A DNA stretch of 64,000 nucleotides from Bacteroidota bacterium. Its GTDB lineage: Bacteria; Bacteroidota; Bacteroidia; Bacteroidales; NBLH01. Shown here one piece after another: positions 19,550 through 28,688 of the stretch (positions are counted from its first letter, which is position 1; every line of letters begins with the position of its first letter). The position numbers and the translations under genes were made by a program. Under the pieces are notes generated by a model. It searched no databases, was not told the origin of the DNA, and saw only the letters and a program-made list of their open reading frames with translations. The stretch spans positions 284,470 to 348,469 of the forward strand of contig JANYKN010000116.1 in the NCBI GenBank assembly GCA_025361565.1. The letters run 5' to 3'.

Positions 19550-20164
19550 TCACTCTTCATCTTCCTCTTCGCCACCCACTACTTCAGCTTTTTCATTAAA
19601 TAAAAGTATAGTTCCGGCTTTATATGCCTTTACTTTACCCTGAACATTTAACAAATGCTCTCTTTTATCAATTTGACCTTTTAGCACATTTCCAAAATTG
19701 TCAAAAACGATGGGTTCAGCTCTTTTGAAAACGATTTTTGCTCCACGTATATCCAATTCCTGGTCGCGCGATAATTGCCCTTCAATCAAAGCCCCTTCAT
19801 CGTTGAAAATAACTCTGGAATCGTTCTTGAATATTAAGTTCTGCCTACCTGTCCACAACGAAGTTCTCTCAACCAGATAGGCTGAAACCACATTACCTTT
19901 ATTATTGAATTTAACTGGCTTATCTCCTTTAAATAAGACCAATCGCCTGCCAGTCCATAAATAAGTGTCTTTTAATAATATACCTTCAATTACTTGTTTT
20001 GAAGTGTTTAAGATAATACTTGTATCGCCTTTAAAAAAAATCATAGAAGTGGGGTTTGGCAATAACGAATCTTTGGATAAAAAAATAGTATCCTGTGCAT
20101 TTAGCGATAGAGCCAGTCCAGCTATAAGTAAAAGAAAAAGAATTGATTTATTCATATAGGCCAA
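19550..20164 (-). CDS. Secreted protein with ~34-aa internal repeats and an acidic tail
   Basis: 204 aa with a signal peptide, then 4-5 repeats of the form (I/L)xFKxDxxVxFNxxGxxxxGxL, ending in GGEEEDEE. Confidence 0.5.
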   Translation of the reverse strand: MAYMNKSILFLLLIAGLALSLNAQDTIFLSKDSLLPNPTSMIFFKGDTSIILNTSKQVIEGILLKDTYLWTGRRLVLFKGDKPVKFNNKGNVVSAYLVERTSLWTGRQNLIFKNDSRVIFNDEGALIEGQLSRDQELDIRGAKIVFKRAEPIVFDNFGNVLKGQIDKREHLLNVQGKVKAYKAGTILLFNEKAEVVGGEEEDEE

Positions 20165-20186
20165 ATATAATAATTCCTATTGATTT

Positions 20187-20217
20187 AAGATGAAAACTTT
20201 TTGAAAGTTTTCATCTT
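20187..20217. repeat. 31-bp perfect palindrome (14-bp arms, 3-nt centre)
   Basis: AAGATGAAAACTTT ttg AAAGTTTTCATCTT lies 23 bp upstream of the 19550..20164 start codon, at the left edge of the transposase relic. There is no flanking T-run. Confidence 0.85.
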
Positions 20218-20227
20218 TCGGAAACGA

Positions 20228-20592
20228 TTTAGGCAAAATTATTGGGGTTTAAGAGCTAAATCTAATTTTAAATTTAAGCATATCTATTCTAATAAAATTC
20301 ATAAAAGCACTGGTGTTTTAAGCGACCAAATTGGCAAATTCACAGGTTTCTATGTTTCTAAACAATATCCAGGAAAAATACGGAGGTAAAATATTTCGAT
20401 AAAGAAACCCAACGTACTTTGGTTTACCTTACAAACAATTTTGAACTGTCTGCAATTGAGATAGCTTTTCGTTATAAGAACCGTTGGCATGTAGAGCTTT
20501 TTTTTAATGGATCAAGCAACACTTAAAGATAAAATTCTTTAGTGAAGTTCTGAGAATGTAGTCCGAATCCAAATATATAACCAATTGGCATT
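20228..20592 (+). mobile_element. IS4-family (DDE) transposase gene relic, truncated and frameshifted
   Basis: Reading across three frames gives LRAKSNFKFK..GVLSDQIGKFTGFYVSKQYPGKIRR|VKYFDKETQRTLVYLTNNFELSAIEIAFRYKNRWHVELFF|WIKQHLKIK..|SENVVRIQIY. This is the C-terminal third of IS4-type transposases, with an in-frame stop at 20387 and at least two more frame changes. Confidence 0.75.
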
Positions 20593-20771
20593 CAGTCTAT
20601 TTTAAGTGGACAGCAGTGGATATTTATGGTTAATAGATACATTCCTTTTTATTGATCAATTAATAATTCTTGATTGAAAAAAAATGTTGTTATTATTACT
20701 CAAAATACAAGTTGTTTGAATTGGATAACATTATATTTTTTTATCTTGTAAAAAAAATAATCTATTTAGGA

Positions 20772-21668
20772 TTGAGTAATTTAAACTTTAAAATACCATC
20801 ATATGAGCTACTTCATAACGGCGAGCCTGTTGATTTCGCTATCCGTTCAGTTGACGAGGTAGTGAAATTGTTTGGACCATTGAATGATGTTCCTCACCGG
20901 CACAATTATTTTACTGTATTGTGGTCTCAGAACACTTCTGGAATACATAGAATTGATTATAAAGAATACATAATGCAGGCTAACGAAATATTTTTTGTAA
21001 CCCCAAATCAAGTTCACCAGATATTGCACAACGACAATCCTGGAGGCATTGTTATTTTGTTTACTTGTTCGTTTTTAGATAAAAATTTTATCGATATGAA
21101 TTTTATATCAAACCTTGGCTTGTTTTCAGAAATTGGCGAATCACCACCTATTAAAATTGATGATAAAACTACAAAAGCATTAATGAAAATAAGCCAGGAT
21201 ATGATTGATACTTTCGAATCGGACAAACCATTCCGTTTTGATTCAATTGGAGCCTACCTTAAATTGTTTTTAATTGAGTGTAATAAGTTCGCACATCATG
21301 CCAAATCTGATAACACACAGACTATTCAATCGTCGAAATCGATTTTAAGAAAATTTAAAGATTTGTTGGAGCTGCACTTTATAGAATGGCACAAAGTAAA
21401 CGAATATGCGACACAATTAAATATCTCGCCAGATTACTTAAACAATGCTATTAAATCAGGAATTGGAAAAACTGCAAAGGAACTTATTCAGCAGCGAATT
21501 GTTTTAGAGTCAAAACGCCTTGGGTTGCACACTGAATTATCCTCTAAAGAAATTGCCTATCAACTTGGATTTGACGATCCTTCACATTTCAGTCGGTTTT
21601 TTAAAAATGCCGAAAATCAATCATTTGCTGATTTCAGAACTTCCCTTGAAAAAGAATTTTTTAAATAA
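20772..21668 (+). CDS. AraC family transcriptional regulator
   Basis: C-terminal HTH_18 (AYQLGFDDPSHFSRFFK) and N-terminal cupin-like sensor (VPHRHNYFTVLW). There is no in-frame ATG near the 5' end. TTG at 20772 gives a typical ~298-aa protein; the track start (TTG 20670) is the alternative. Confidence 0.75.
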   Translation: MSNLNFKIPSYELLHNGEPVDFAIRSVDEVVKLFGPLNDVPHRHNYFTVLWSQNTSGIHRIDYKEYIMQANEIFFVTPNQVHQILHNDNPGGIVILFTCSFLDKNFIDMNFISNLGLFSEIGESPPIKIDDKTTKALMKISQDMIDTFESDKPFRFDSIGAYLKLFLIECNKFAHHAKSDNTQTIQSSKSILRKFKDLLELHFIEWHKVNEYATQLNISPDYLNNAIKSGIGKTAKELIQQRIVLESKRLGLHTELSSKEIAYQLGFDDPSHFSRFFKNAENQSFADFRTSLEKEFFK

Positions 21669-21757
21669 TCGGATAAATACATTTTTTAATCGGATTTTGA
21701 CATTGTCCACCCTTTGTGATGCTTCTATCTTTGCATTATAATTTATTGACAATTTTA

Positions 21758-22477
21758 ATGAAAACAATTTTATACAGCGCAGGTACTAGAGGTCATTTCG
21801 AAAATGACTGGCTAAATACCAGGTATAGTTTTAGTTTTGCCGATTATTTCGATAGATTGAGGATGAATTTTGGGGCACTTCGTGTGTTAAATGATGACAT
21901 AGTTCAGCCATCATCCGGATTTGGAAAACATCCACATGATAATATGGAAATTATTACCATTCCAATATCCGGAACATTGAGCCATAAAGATTCCATGGGC
22001 CATGAGCAAAAAATAAAGGAAAATGAAGTTCAGGTGATGAGTGCCGGAAATGGTATTTTTCATTCAGAGTATAATGCCAGTGCTATTGAAGAATGTAGTT
22101 TGCTTCAAATTTGGATATATCCAAACCAAATGAATATAAAACCCAGATATGATCAAAAAATGTTTGATATTGAAAGATCAAACAATAATTGGCAAGTCCT
22201 TGTTTCAGGGCCAGATTCAATTGAAGGCTCCTTGACTATCAATCAAAAGGCGAAGATATCAAGAACTAAACTGAGCGCCAACAAATCAATTGATTATCAT
22301 ATAAATAAATCTTCATATGGTTGTTTTGTTTTTTTAGTTGAAGGTGAAATAGAAATGGAAAACGAACATTTAACTGAAAAAGATGCAATTGGAATTTACG
22401 ACACAGAAGAATTTAATATAAAAGCAATCAGGGATTCATTTTTAATCAATATTGAAGTACCTGACAAACACAAATAA
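21758..22477 (+). CDS. Pirin family protein
   Basis: The cupin block GFGKHPHDNMEIITIPISG is present. Met15 of the track ORF (ATG 21758, MKTILYSAGTRGHF) is the plausible start. Confidence 0.85.
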   Translation: MKTILYSAGTRGHFENDWLNTRYSFSFADYFDRLRMNFGALRVLNDDIVQPSSGFGKHPHDNMEIITIPISGTLSHKDSMGHEQKIKENEVQVMSAGNGIFHSEYNASAIEECSLLQIWIYPNQMNIKPRYDQKMFDIERSNNNWQVLVSGPDSIEGSLTINQKAKISRTKLSANKSIDYHINKSSYGCFVFLVEGEIEMENEHLTEKDAIGIYDTEEFNIKAIRDSFLINIEVPDKHK

Positions 22478-22494
22478 ATAAATTAATAACAAAA

Positions 22495-23079
22495 ATGATG
22501 AAAACTATGAAAACAATAAGATTTTCTTTAATTACAATGCTGATGTTGGTTGGAGCCCTTGTTCATGGACAGGAATTTAAGGCAGACGTTGTAAAATCGA
22601 CGATAAAATGGACAGGTGAAAAATTAACAGGTAAACACCATGGGTTAATTGCTTTAAAAGAAGGAAGTTTAACTTTAAAATCCGGAAAAATAACTGCGGG
22701 AACATTTGTGATTGACATGAACAGCATTACTGACTTGGATTTACAGGATGCCGGATACAATGCAAAATTAGTTGGGCATTTAAAATCGGATGACTTTTTT
22801 GGAGTCGCTACTTTTCCTGAATCTAAGCTTGTAATTACCAAAGCTACAGCTTTTAAAGGCAATACTGCTGATGTTAGAGGTGATTTGACGATAAAAGGGA
22901 AAACGAATTCAATCCTTTTTACAGTCACAAAAAATGCAGATTCCTATTCTGCTAATATAGTGGTAGATAGATCTAAATTTGATGTAAAATATGGTTCAAA
23001 AACTTTCTTTGAAGATATAGGCGACAAAGTGATTAGCGATGAGTTTAAATTAGACGTAGAGCTGGTTCTTGCAAAATAG
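22495..23079 (+). CDS. YceI family periplasmic (polyisoprenoid-binding-like) protein
   Basis: 194 aa with a signal peptide and YceI-like blocks STIKWTGEK..HHG, HLKSDDFFGV..FPE and LTIKGKTN. Confidence 0.8.
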   Translation: MMKTMKTIRFSLITMLMLVGALVHGQEFKADVVKSTIKWTGEKLTGKHHGLIALKEGSLTLKSGKITAGTFVIDMNSITDLDLQDAGYNAKLVGHLKSDDFFGVATFPESKLVITKATAFKGNTADVRGDLTIKGKTNSILFTVTKNADSYSANIVVDRSKFDVKYGSKTFFEDIGDKVISDEFKLDVELVLAK

Positions 23080-23100
23080 GGTTTTTAAATTTGAGGGTTT

Positions 23101-23136
23101 GCCGATATTGCAATTTTGCGATGTCGGCTTTTTTAT
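23101..23136 (+). terminator. Intrinsic terminator after the YceI gene
   Basis: An 11-bp stem with two G-U pairs (GCCGATATTGC / GCGATGTCGGC) is followed by TTTTTT. Confidence 0.7.
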
Positions 23137-23200
23137 TTTACATCAATAACTGTAATCCAAATTGGCAAATGACGATTGGGTTGAATTGAAGGAGGATTAT

Positions 23201-23208
23201 TATATTTG
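23201..23208 (+). promoter_or_regulatory. Bacteroidota -7 promoter box
   Basis: TATATTTG lies 48 nt upstream of the ATG at 23256. Confidence 0.4.
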
Positions 23209-23255
23209 CACAACTAAAATTGAATTTCAAATAGATTTAGCTAGTAAAATTGACG

Positions 23256-23744
23256 ATGGAAAACCTGATTGAAGATTGGAAAAAGAGGAAAGAAGAAGTT
23301 CATGCATCCAACAAAAAAACAGTGCAGAAAATTTCAAAGCTTAACGAAAAGAAAATGAATCAGTTAGCTGAAGGAATACATGATGCTGTTTTTGAAAAAA
23401 TTGACTGCTTGGATTGTGCAAATTGCTGTAAGTCAATTCCTCCCATTTTAAATGATACGGATATCAAGCGAGTTGCCAAATATTTGGGATTAAAAGTTTC
23501 TAAGTTTGAAGAAGAATATATCCGAACAGACGAAGATTATGATAGGATAATGAAAAAATCGCCCTGTACTTTTCTTGGAATAGACAATAAATGTGATATT
23601 TACGAAGTAAGGCCAAAAGCATGCAGGGAATATCCACATACAAACAATTATGAATTTATAAAAAATACTAAACTGCACGTTATCAACGCTGAATATTGTC
23701 CAGGTGTATTTCATATTTTAAGTGAATTAAAGAAAGTAATTTAA
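23256..23744 (+). CDS. YkgJ-family cysteine-cluster (putative Zn/Fe-binding) protein
   Basis: Cys clusters CLDCANCC and CTFLGIDNKCDIYEVRPKACREYP. The ATG at 23256 is preferred over the TTG at 23250. Confidence 0.75.
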   Translation: MENLIEDWKKRKEEVHASNKKTVQKISKLNEKKMNQLAEGIHDAVFEKIDCLDCANCCKSIPPILNDTDIKRVAKYLGLKVSKFEEEYIRTDEDYDRIMKKSPCTFLGIDNKCDIYEVRPKACREYPHTNNYEFIKNTKLHVINAEYCPGVFHILSELKKVI

Positions 23745-23766
23745 ATCAAATAATGATTGAAAGAAT

Positions 23767-23774
23767 TATATTTG
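23767..23774 (+). promoter_or_regulatory. Bacteroidota -7 promoter box
   Basis: TATATTTG lies 55 nt upstream of the ATG at 23830. Confidence 0.4.
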
Positions 23775-23829
23775 TTGTTTTTTGATAGTTTCAAATTACT
23801 TTTTAGTAGATTCAATTAAGACAAGCAAA

Positions 23830-25242
23830 ATGAAAAAACTTTATACGTTAATTCCCTTTTTGCTATTTGTTTTGGGTTGCTCAAATACCCCAAAAAATGT
23901 GGAATGGACCAGTACAACCGAAGCAAATCGCTGGATAATAAATACTCCGGTAGATATAATTCAATCAAAGGATAGTAATGTTGATGTATTAATTCAATCG
24001 ACTAATCTACAGCAAGTTATTGATGGATTTGGAGGTTGTTTCAATGAACTGGGCTGGGAAGCTCTAAATCTACTCCAACAATCAGAAAAAGAGCAAATTA
24101 TAAAAAATATATTTGATTCAATTACTGGATGTAACTTTAATATTTGCAGAATGCCAATTGGAGCAAATGATTATTCTGTAGATTGGTATAGTTATGATGA
24201 AACTGCCGGAGATTTTGAAATGGTCAATTTTTCAATTGATCGTGATCAAAAAAGATTAATTCCGTATATTAAAAAAGCACTGACTTATAAGCCTGATTTG
24301 AAATTATGGGCTTCGCCCTGGTGTCCGCCATCGTGGATGAAAACGAACAGCCATTATGCTTGTAGGGCAGATACTGTGAATGATTTATCAAAGGCTAAGG
24401 CAGGTATTGAAATGAAAGATCAATTTATGATGAACGAAAAATATTTAAATGCATATGCATTGTATTTTTCGAAATTTCTGAAATCCTACAAAAAGGAAGG
24501 TATTGACATATTTGCTGTTCATGTTCAAAATGAACCCAATTCGTGTCAAAACTTTCCTTCGTGCATATGGACTCCAGCATCGCTTGCCAAATTCATCGGC
24601 TCTTATCTTGGGCCGGAACTTGAAAAGAACAATCCCAATACCGAAATCTGGCTTGGAACTATTGAACGTCCTCAAATTGAACGAATTGACACCATACTTC
24701 AAAATCTGCTAGCGAAAAAATACATCAAAGGAATAGGTTTTCAATGGGCTGGAAAAGATGCCATACCTATTGTAAATAAAAAATATCCAGAATTCAAGTT
24801 GATGCAATCTGAAACCGAATGTGGCTTTGGTTCAAATGACTGGGCAGCAGCCGAACATACTTTTGGATTGATGAAGCATTATTTCGAAAATGGCGCAAAC
24901 AGTTATATGTATTGGAATATGGTTTTGAATGAAACTGGCAAGAGCCAATGGGGCTGGAAACAAAACTCAATGATCAGTATTAATTCAGCTGACAAGTCCA
25001 TAAAATACAATCCCGAATTCTATTTAATGAAACATTTCAGTTATTTTATAAAGTCCGGAGCAAGAAAAATTGCAATTGATAAAGGAAATGAAAACTGTCT
25101 GGCATTTAAAAACAATGATTCAGTTGTCGTTATATACTACAATGCCGGAGAAAACAAAGAAATGACTTTTAGTATTGATAAACAGGTATTTAGAGTCAAA
25201 TTAGAAAGTAAATCTTTTAATACTTTTCGTTTGGAAATTTAA
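23830..25242 (+). CDS. Glycoside hydrolase family 30 lipoprotein (glucosylceramidase-like)
   Basis: Lipobox MKKLYTLIPFLLFVLGC, plus GH30 blocks IDGFGGCFNE, HVQNEPN and QSETECG. Confidence 0.8.
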   Translation: MKKLYTLIPFLLFVLGCSNTPKNVEWTSTTEANRWIINTPVDIIQSKDSNVDVLIQSTNLQQVIDGFGGCFNELGWEALNLLQQSEKEQIIKNIFDSITGCNFNICRMPIGANDYSVDWYSYDETAGDFEMVNFSIDRDQKRLIPYIKKALTYKPDLKLWASPWCPPSWMKTNSHYACRADTVNDLSKAKAGIEMKDQFMMNEKYLNAYALYFSKFLKSYKKEGIDIFAVHVQNEPNSCQNFPSCIWTPASLAKFIGSYLGPELEKNNPNTEIWLGTIERPQIERIDTILQNLLAKKYIKGIGFQWAGKDAIPIVNKKYPEFKLMQSETECGFGSNDWAAAEHTFGLMKHYFENGANSYMYWNMVLNETGKSQWGWKQNSMISINSADKSIKYNPEFYLMKHFSYFIKSGARKIAIDKGNENCLAFKNNDSVVVIYYNAGENKEMTFSIDKQVFRVKLESKSFNTFRLEI

Positions 25243-25410
25243 GTTGGCGAATTGATTGAGAATTTAAAGGGAGTATATTGCCAAATATAAAATCCTATTT
25301 TGGCATTATACAGTTATAATTAAATGCTCGAAAAACCCATATTTAATTCTGAAATATTGACCAAATTGTTCATTACAAAAAAACACAAAAGCATTGTTGG
25401 CAGTTAATTA

Positions 25411-26919
25411 CTATACAAAATGCTTTAAATCCAAATCCGAAAATTCTTCCAAAATAGCTCTAAGTTTATTTTTTATTATATCAACTCCTCCTTTCACATC
25501 AGCTTCAATGTTTATCGGAATAATTGGGTCGTGGAGCGACATCCTGACCAAATACCAACCTTGTTCATCCAGATTATTGCATTTTACACGAATTCCTTCG
25601 TAGTTTTTAGGCTCGGTTTGCCAACCTGGTGTTGAATTTGCAATTTCAGTTACCTGTTCAATCACATTTTGTCCATAATTTGAGAATTCACGATTTTTAA
25701 TTAAAATGCGATATTCCATGCTTTCTATTGGTACTGGAAGATCTGCAATCAAGTTGGTTAAATTTTGGTTTTTCAATTTCATCTGAGCCAGTTTGACTAA
25801 AAGTTTGGCTACCAAATATGCACCGTCATCCAAAAAGTAATTTTCCTTTAAAGCTGCATGCCCCGAAGTTTCAATGGCTATCCAACTTGGCTTATTTTCG
25901 TTGTTCAGCCTGACAGCTTCGTTAATTACATTTTTATAGCCTCGCTTAAAGCGTTGGTGGATTCCTTTTAATTTAGTATTGATAAACCAACTTAATCCTT
26001 CCGAAGTAATTGAATCCGTTACGATTGCAGTTCCCGGATGTTCTTCTAATATGATTGCGGAAATCAGTGCAATCAAAGTATTTCTGTTTATTGGATTTCC
26101 ATTTTGATCCACAACCGCAGATCTATCCACATCGGTATCGAAAATAATTCCAAAATCAGCATGGTTGCGCTTAACTGCTTCGCAAATGGAGTCCATGGCT
26201 TTTGAATCTTCCGGATTTGGAATGTGGTTTGGAAATCGACCATCGGGATTCAAAAATTGGCTTCCTTCGATATTGGCTCCTAAAGGTGTAAGGACTTTAT
26301 AGGCAAAAAAGCCTCCGGAACCATTTCCTGCATCCACTATAATTTTTAAGCCGTCAAGTGGTTTATCATAATTGGGCGCGTTCACTTTTTCGCGAATGGT
26401 CCGGACCAATAATTCGGAATAATCAGAAATAAAATCATATTCGCTAATGGTTCCAATTTGTTCGGAAACTGAAAATTGGCCAGCGGACGCAATTTCTAGA
26501 ATTTCAGTGATGTCATTTTTTTCGAGCCCACCCTGTTTTGTAAAAAACTTCAATCCATTTCTATTAAAAGGCAAATGGCTTGCGGTGAGCATCACACCTG
26601 CGTCCACAGCTATTTTTTCACTTTGCGTAACCATAAACATAGCTGGTGTTGAAGCCAAACCACAATCAACAACATTGGCACCTTGGCTCACCATACCATT
26701 TGAAAATGATTTTTTTAATTTCTTGCCCGAAATCCGCGAATCCATACCAACGGCAATTGTTAATTGAGTTGCACCTTTATTTTTAAGCCACAGCACAAAC
26801 GATTTACCAATAGTTTCAATAATTTCGCAGCTTAGGTTAACCGATTCCCCGGCTACGCCATCCATTGCAACGCCTCTGATATCAGAACCATTCTGAAGTT
26901 TTTTCCAATTTATTTCCAT
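25411..26919 (-). CDS. Phosphoglucomutase/phosphomannomutase (alpha-D-phosphohexomutase)
   Basis: 502 aa with the phosphoserine loop TASHLPFNRNG, the metal loop FDTDVDRSAV and the sugar loop GHAAL. Confidence 0.88.
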   Translation of the reverse strand: MEINWKKLQNGSDIRGVAMDGVAGESVNLSCEIIETIGKSFVLWLKNKGATQLTIAVGMDSRISGKKLKKSFSNGMVSQGANVVDCGLASTPAMFMVTQSEKIAVDAGVMLTASHLPFNRNGLKFFTKQGGLEKNDITEILEIASAGQFSVSEQIGTISEYDFISDYSELLVRTIREKVNAPNYDKPLDGLKIIVDAGNGSGGFFAYKVLTPLGANIEGSQFLNPDGRFPNHIPNPEDSKAMDSICEAVKRNHADFGIIFDTDVDRSAVVDQNGNPINRNTLIALISAIILEEHPGTAIVTDSITSEGLSWFINTKLKGIHQRFKRGYKNVINEAVRLNNENKPSWIAIETSGHAALKENYFLDDGAYLVAKLLVKLAQMKLKNQNLTNLIADLPVPIESMEYRILIKNREFSNYGQNVIEQVTEIANSTPGWQTEPKNYEGIRVKCNNLDEQGWYLVRMSLHDPIIPINIEADVKGGVDIIKNKLRAILEEFSDLDLKHFV

Positions 26920-26974
26920 GCTGTTTTTTCCAGTTTATTATTGCGTAATTATGTACATCCACAAAATAATTTTT

Positions 26975-27076
26975 AGCCACGAATGCACGAATTTTTGAAT
27001 TAACCATTGGCTTAATCTTATTTCAATTCATTAATATTCTGAATTTTATAAAATATTTATTTGCGCATTCGTGGCT
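26975..27076. repeat. 102-bp element bounded by 12-bp perfect inverted repeats
   Basis: AGCCACGAATGC (26975-26986) and GCATTCGTGGCT (27065-27076) are GC-rich arms around a 78-bp AT-rich core, in the pgm/galK divergent intergenic region. Confidence 0.85.
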
Positions 27077-27188
27077 TATTATTTTTATTATCTGAGTTTA
27101 TCGATGAACACTAATTAGTTTTTTATTCAAATTCATTGATAAAAATCCATACAAAAATAAATTTAATTAATTCTTAAAAAATTTAATT

Positions 27189-27216
27189 AATTAATTGTAA
27201 TAAGTACAATTAAATT
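27189..27216. promoter_or_regulatory. Candidate operator palindrome abutting the galK promoter
   Basis: AATTAATTGTA ataag TACAATTAAATT has 11-12-bp arms with one indel and ends directly at the -7 box. Confidence 0.45.
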
Positions 27217-27224
27217 TATATTTG
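27217..27224 (+). promoter_or_regulatory. Bacteroidota -7 promoter box upstream of galK
   Basis: TATATTTG. This would imply a ~160-nt leader before the ATG at 27385. Confidence 0.35.
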
Positions 27225-27384
27225 TATGATAATTCTTTGTTAATAGCAGTTTAAATTTTTATCAAAATCTTTAAAAATACAGTAATGCATTAGATTACGT
27301 TGATTTTGAGTTTGAAAATTATCAAATAAATTGTTCAGTAAATTCATTGCTTTATATATTTCATAATCTTTAATTTAAAACACA

Positions 27385-28677
27385 ATGATAACCATGGAAA
27401 AGATTAGTACACTGATTACCAAACTCAACAACGGAAATAATGACGCCTTTAAAGAGCTGTATGGCTCAGGTAGCATGACACTTACAAAACAAGCAATCCG
27501 CTATTCTGATTTAATCAAGCAGTTCCAAACCTCGTTTAAACATGATGAAGGTTTGATTTTCAGCTCACCCGGGCGTACTGAAATTGGTGGAAACCACACT
27601 GATCACAATTATGGACGTGTGTTGGCTGGAGCAGTAAATCTTGACAATGTAGCCATTGCGGCAAAAAATAATTCCAACATAGTACGGATTGAGTCTGTTG
27701 GCTATCCTAAGTTTGAAGTTGATTTATCAAATTTATCTCCAAATAAAAGCGAATACTATTCTTCCGAATCGCTGGTGCGGGGAATCAGTGCACGATTGAA
27801 AGAATTGGGCTTTGCGATTGGAGGTTTTGATGCATGTATCGATGGTGGAGTTCCAAAAGGCTCAGGATTAAGCTCTTCTGCTTCTTTTGAAGTTTTAATT
27901 GGAGCCATCATTAGTGAGCTTTTTAACAATGGCAAATTGGACCCAGTTCAAAATGCAATAATTGGCCAATATGCCGAAAATAATTTCTTTGGAAAGCCTT
28001 GCGGACTTATGGATCAAACTGCTTGTGCAATGGGAGGTTTAATTACAATTGATTTTGAAGATCCTTCCAAGCCGATTGTAAAAAAAGTAAATTTTGATTT
28101 TGTAGCTACAGGTTTTTCTTTGGTAATAACCGATACAGGTGGAAACCATGCTGACTTGAATGACGAATATGCTTCACTCCCATCCGATATGAAAGCAGTT
28201 GCAGCCGAACTTGGTGCAAAAGTGCTCAGACAAGTTACTTTGGAACAAGTTGTTCAAATTGCCCCAAAAATTAGAGAAAAAGTTGGTGATCGTGCTCTAC
28301 TTCGTGCATATCATTTCCTTGGCGACAATCAACGTGTAGTATATCAGGTAGAAGCTTTGGAAAAAAATGATTTTAAATCTTTCCTTGGAATGGTAATTGA
28401 ATCAGGATACAGTTCATACATGTATAACCAAAATATCTTTCCAGTTAATAATGTTCGGGAACAAGGAGTGTCATTGGCTTTGGCTTTAAGTGAGATGATA
28501 CTTAAAGGACAAGGTGCATGGCGTGTGCATGGAGGCGGATTTGCTGGAACCATCCAGGCTTTTGTACCTCAAAACCTTTTGGATAAGTATGTTAGCACAA
28601 TGGAGCATATTTATGGTAAATCGTCTTGTCACAATTTATTTATCAGACAAAAAGGTTCTGTAAAAGTTGAGTTATAA
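27385..28677 (+). CDS. galK: Galactokinase
   Basis: 430 aa with the galactokinase signature GRTEIGGNHTDHNYG and the GHMP motif PKGSGLSSSASFEV. Confidence 0.92.
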   Translation: MITMEKISTLITKLNNGNNDAFKELYGSGSMTLTKQAIRYSDLIKQFQTSFKHDEGLIFSSPGRTEIGGNHTDHNYGRVLAGAVNLDNVAIAAKNNSNIVRIESVGYPKFEVDLSNLSPNKSEYYSSESLVRGISARLKELGFAIGGFDACIDGGVPKGSGLSSSASFEVLIGAIISELFNNGKLDPVQNAIIGQYAENNFFGKPCGLMDQTACAMGGLITIDFEDPSKPIVKKVNFDFVATGFSLVITDTGGNHADLNDEYASLPSDMKAVAAELGAKVLRQVTLEQVVQIAPKIREKVGDRALLRAYHFLGDNQRVVYQVEALEKNDFKSFLGMVIESGYSSYMYNQNIFPVNNVREQGVSLALALSEMILKGQGAWRVHGGGFAGTIQAFVPQNLLDKYVSTMEHIYGKSSCHNLFIRQKGSVKVEL

Positions 28678-28688
28678 AATCGATAAAA

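Noticed and set aside
20201-20389. 62-aa ORF listed in the track
   Set aside because: It is not an independent gene. It starts inside the 31-bp palindrome, and its C-terminal half is one frame of the decayed IS4-type transposase.
22563-22928. 121-aa minus-strand ORF
   Set aside because: It lies antisense within the YceI-family gene, and the plus-strand product has clear family motifs and a signal peptide.
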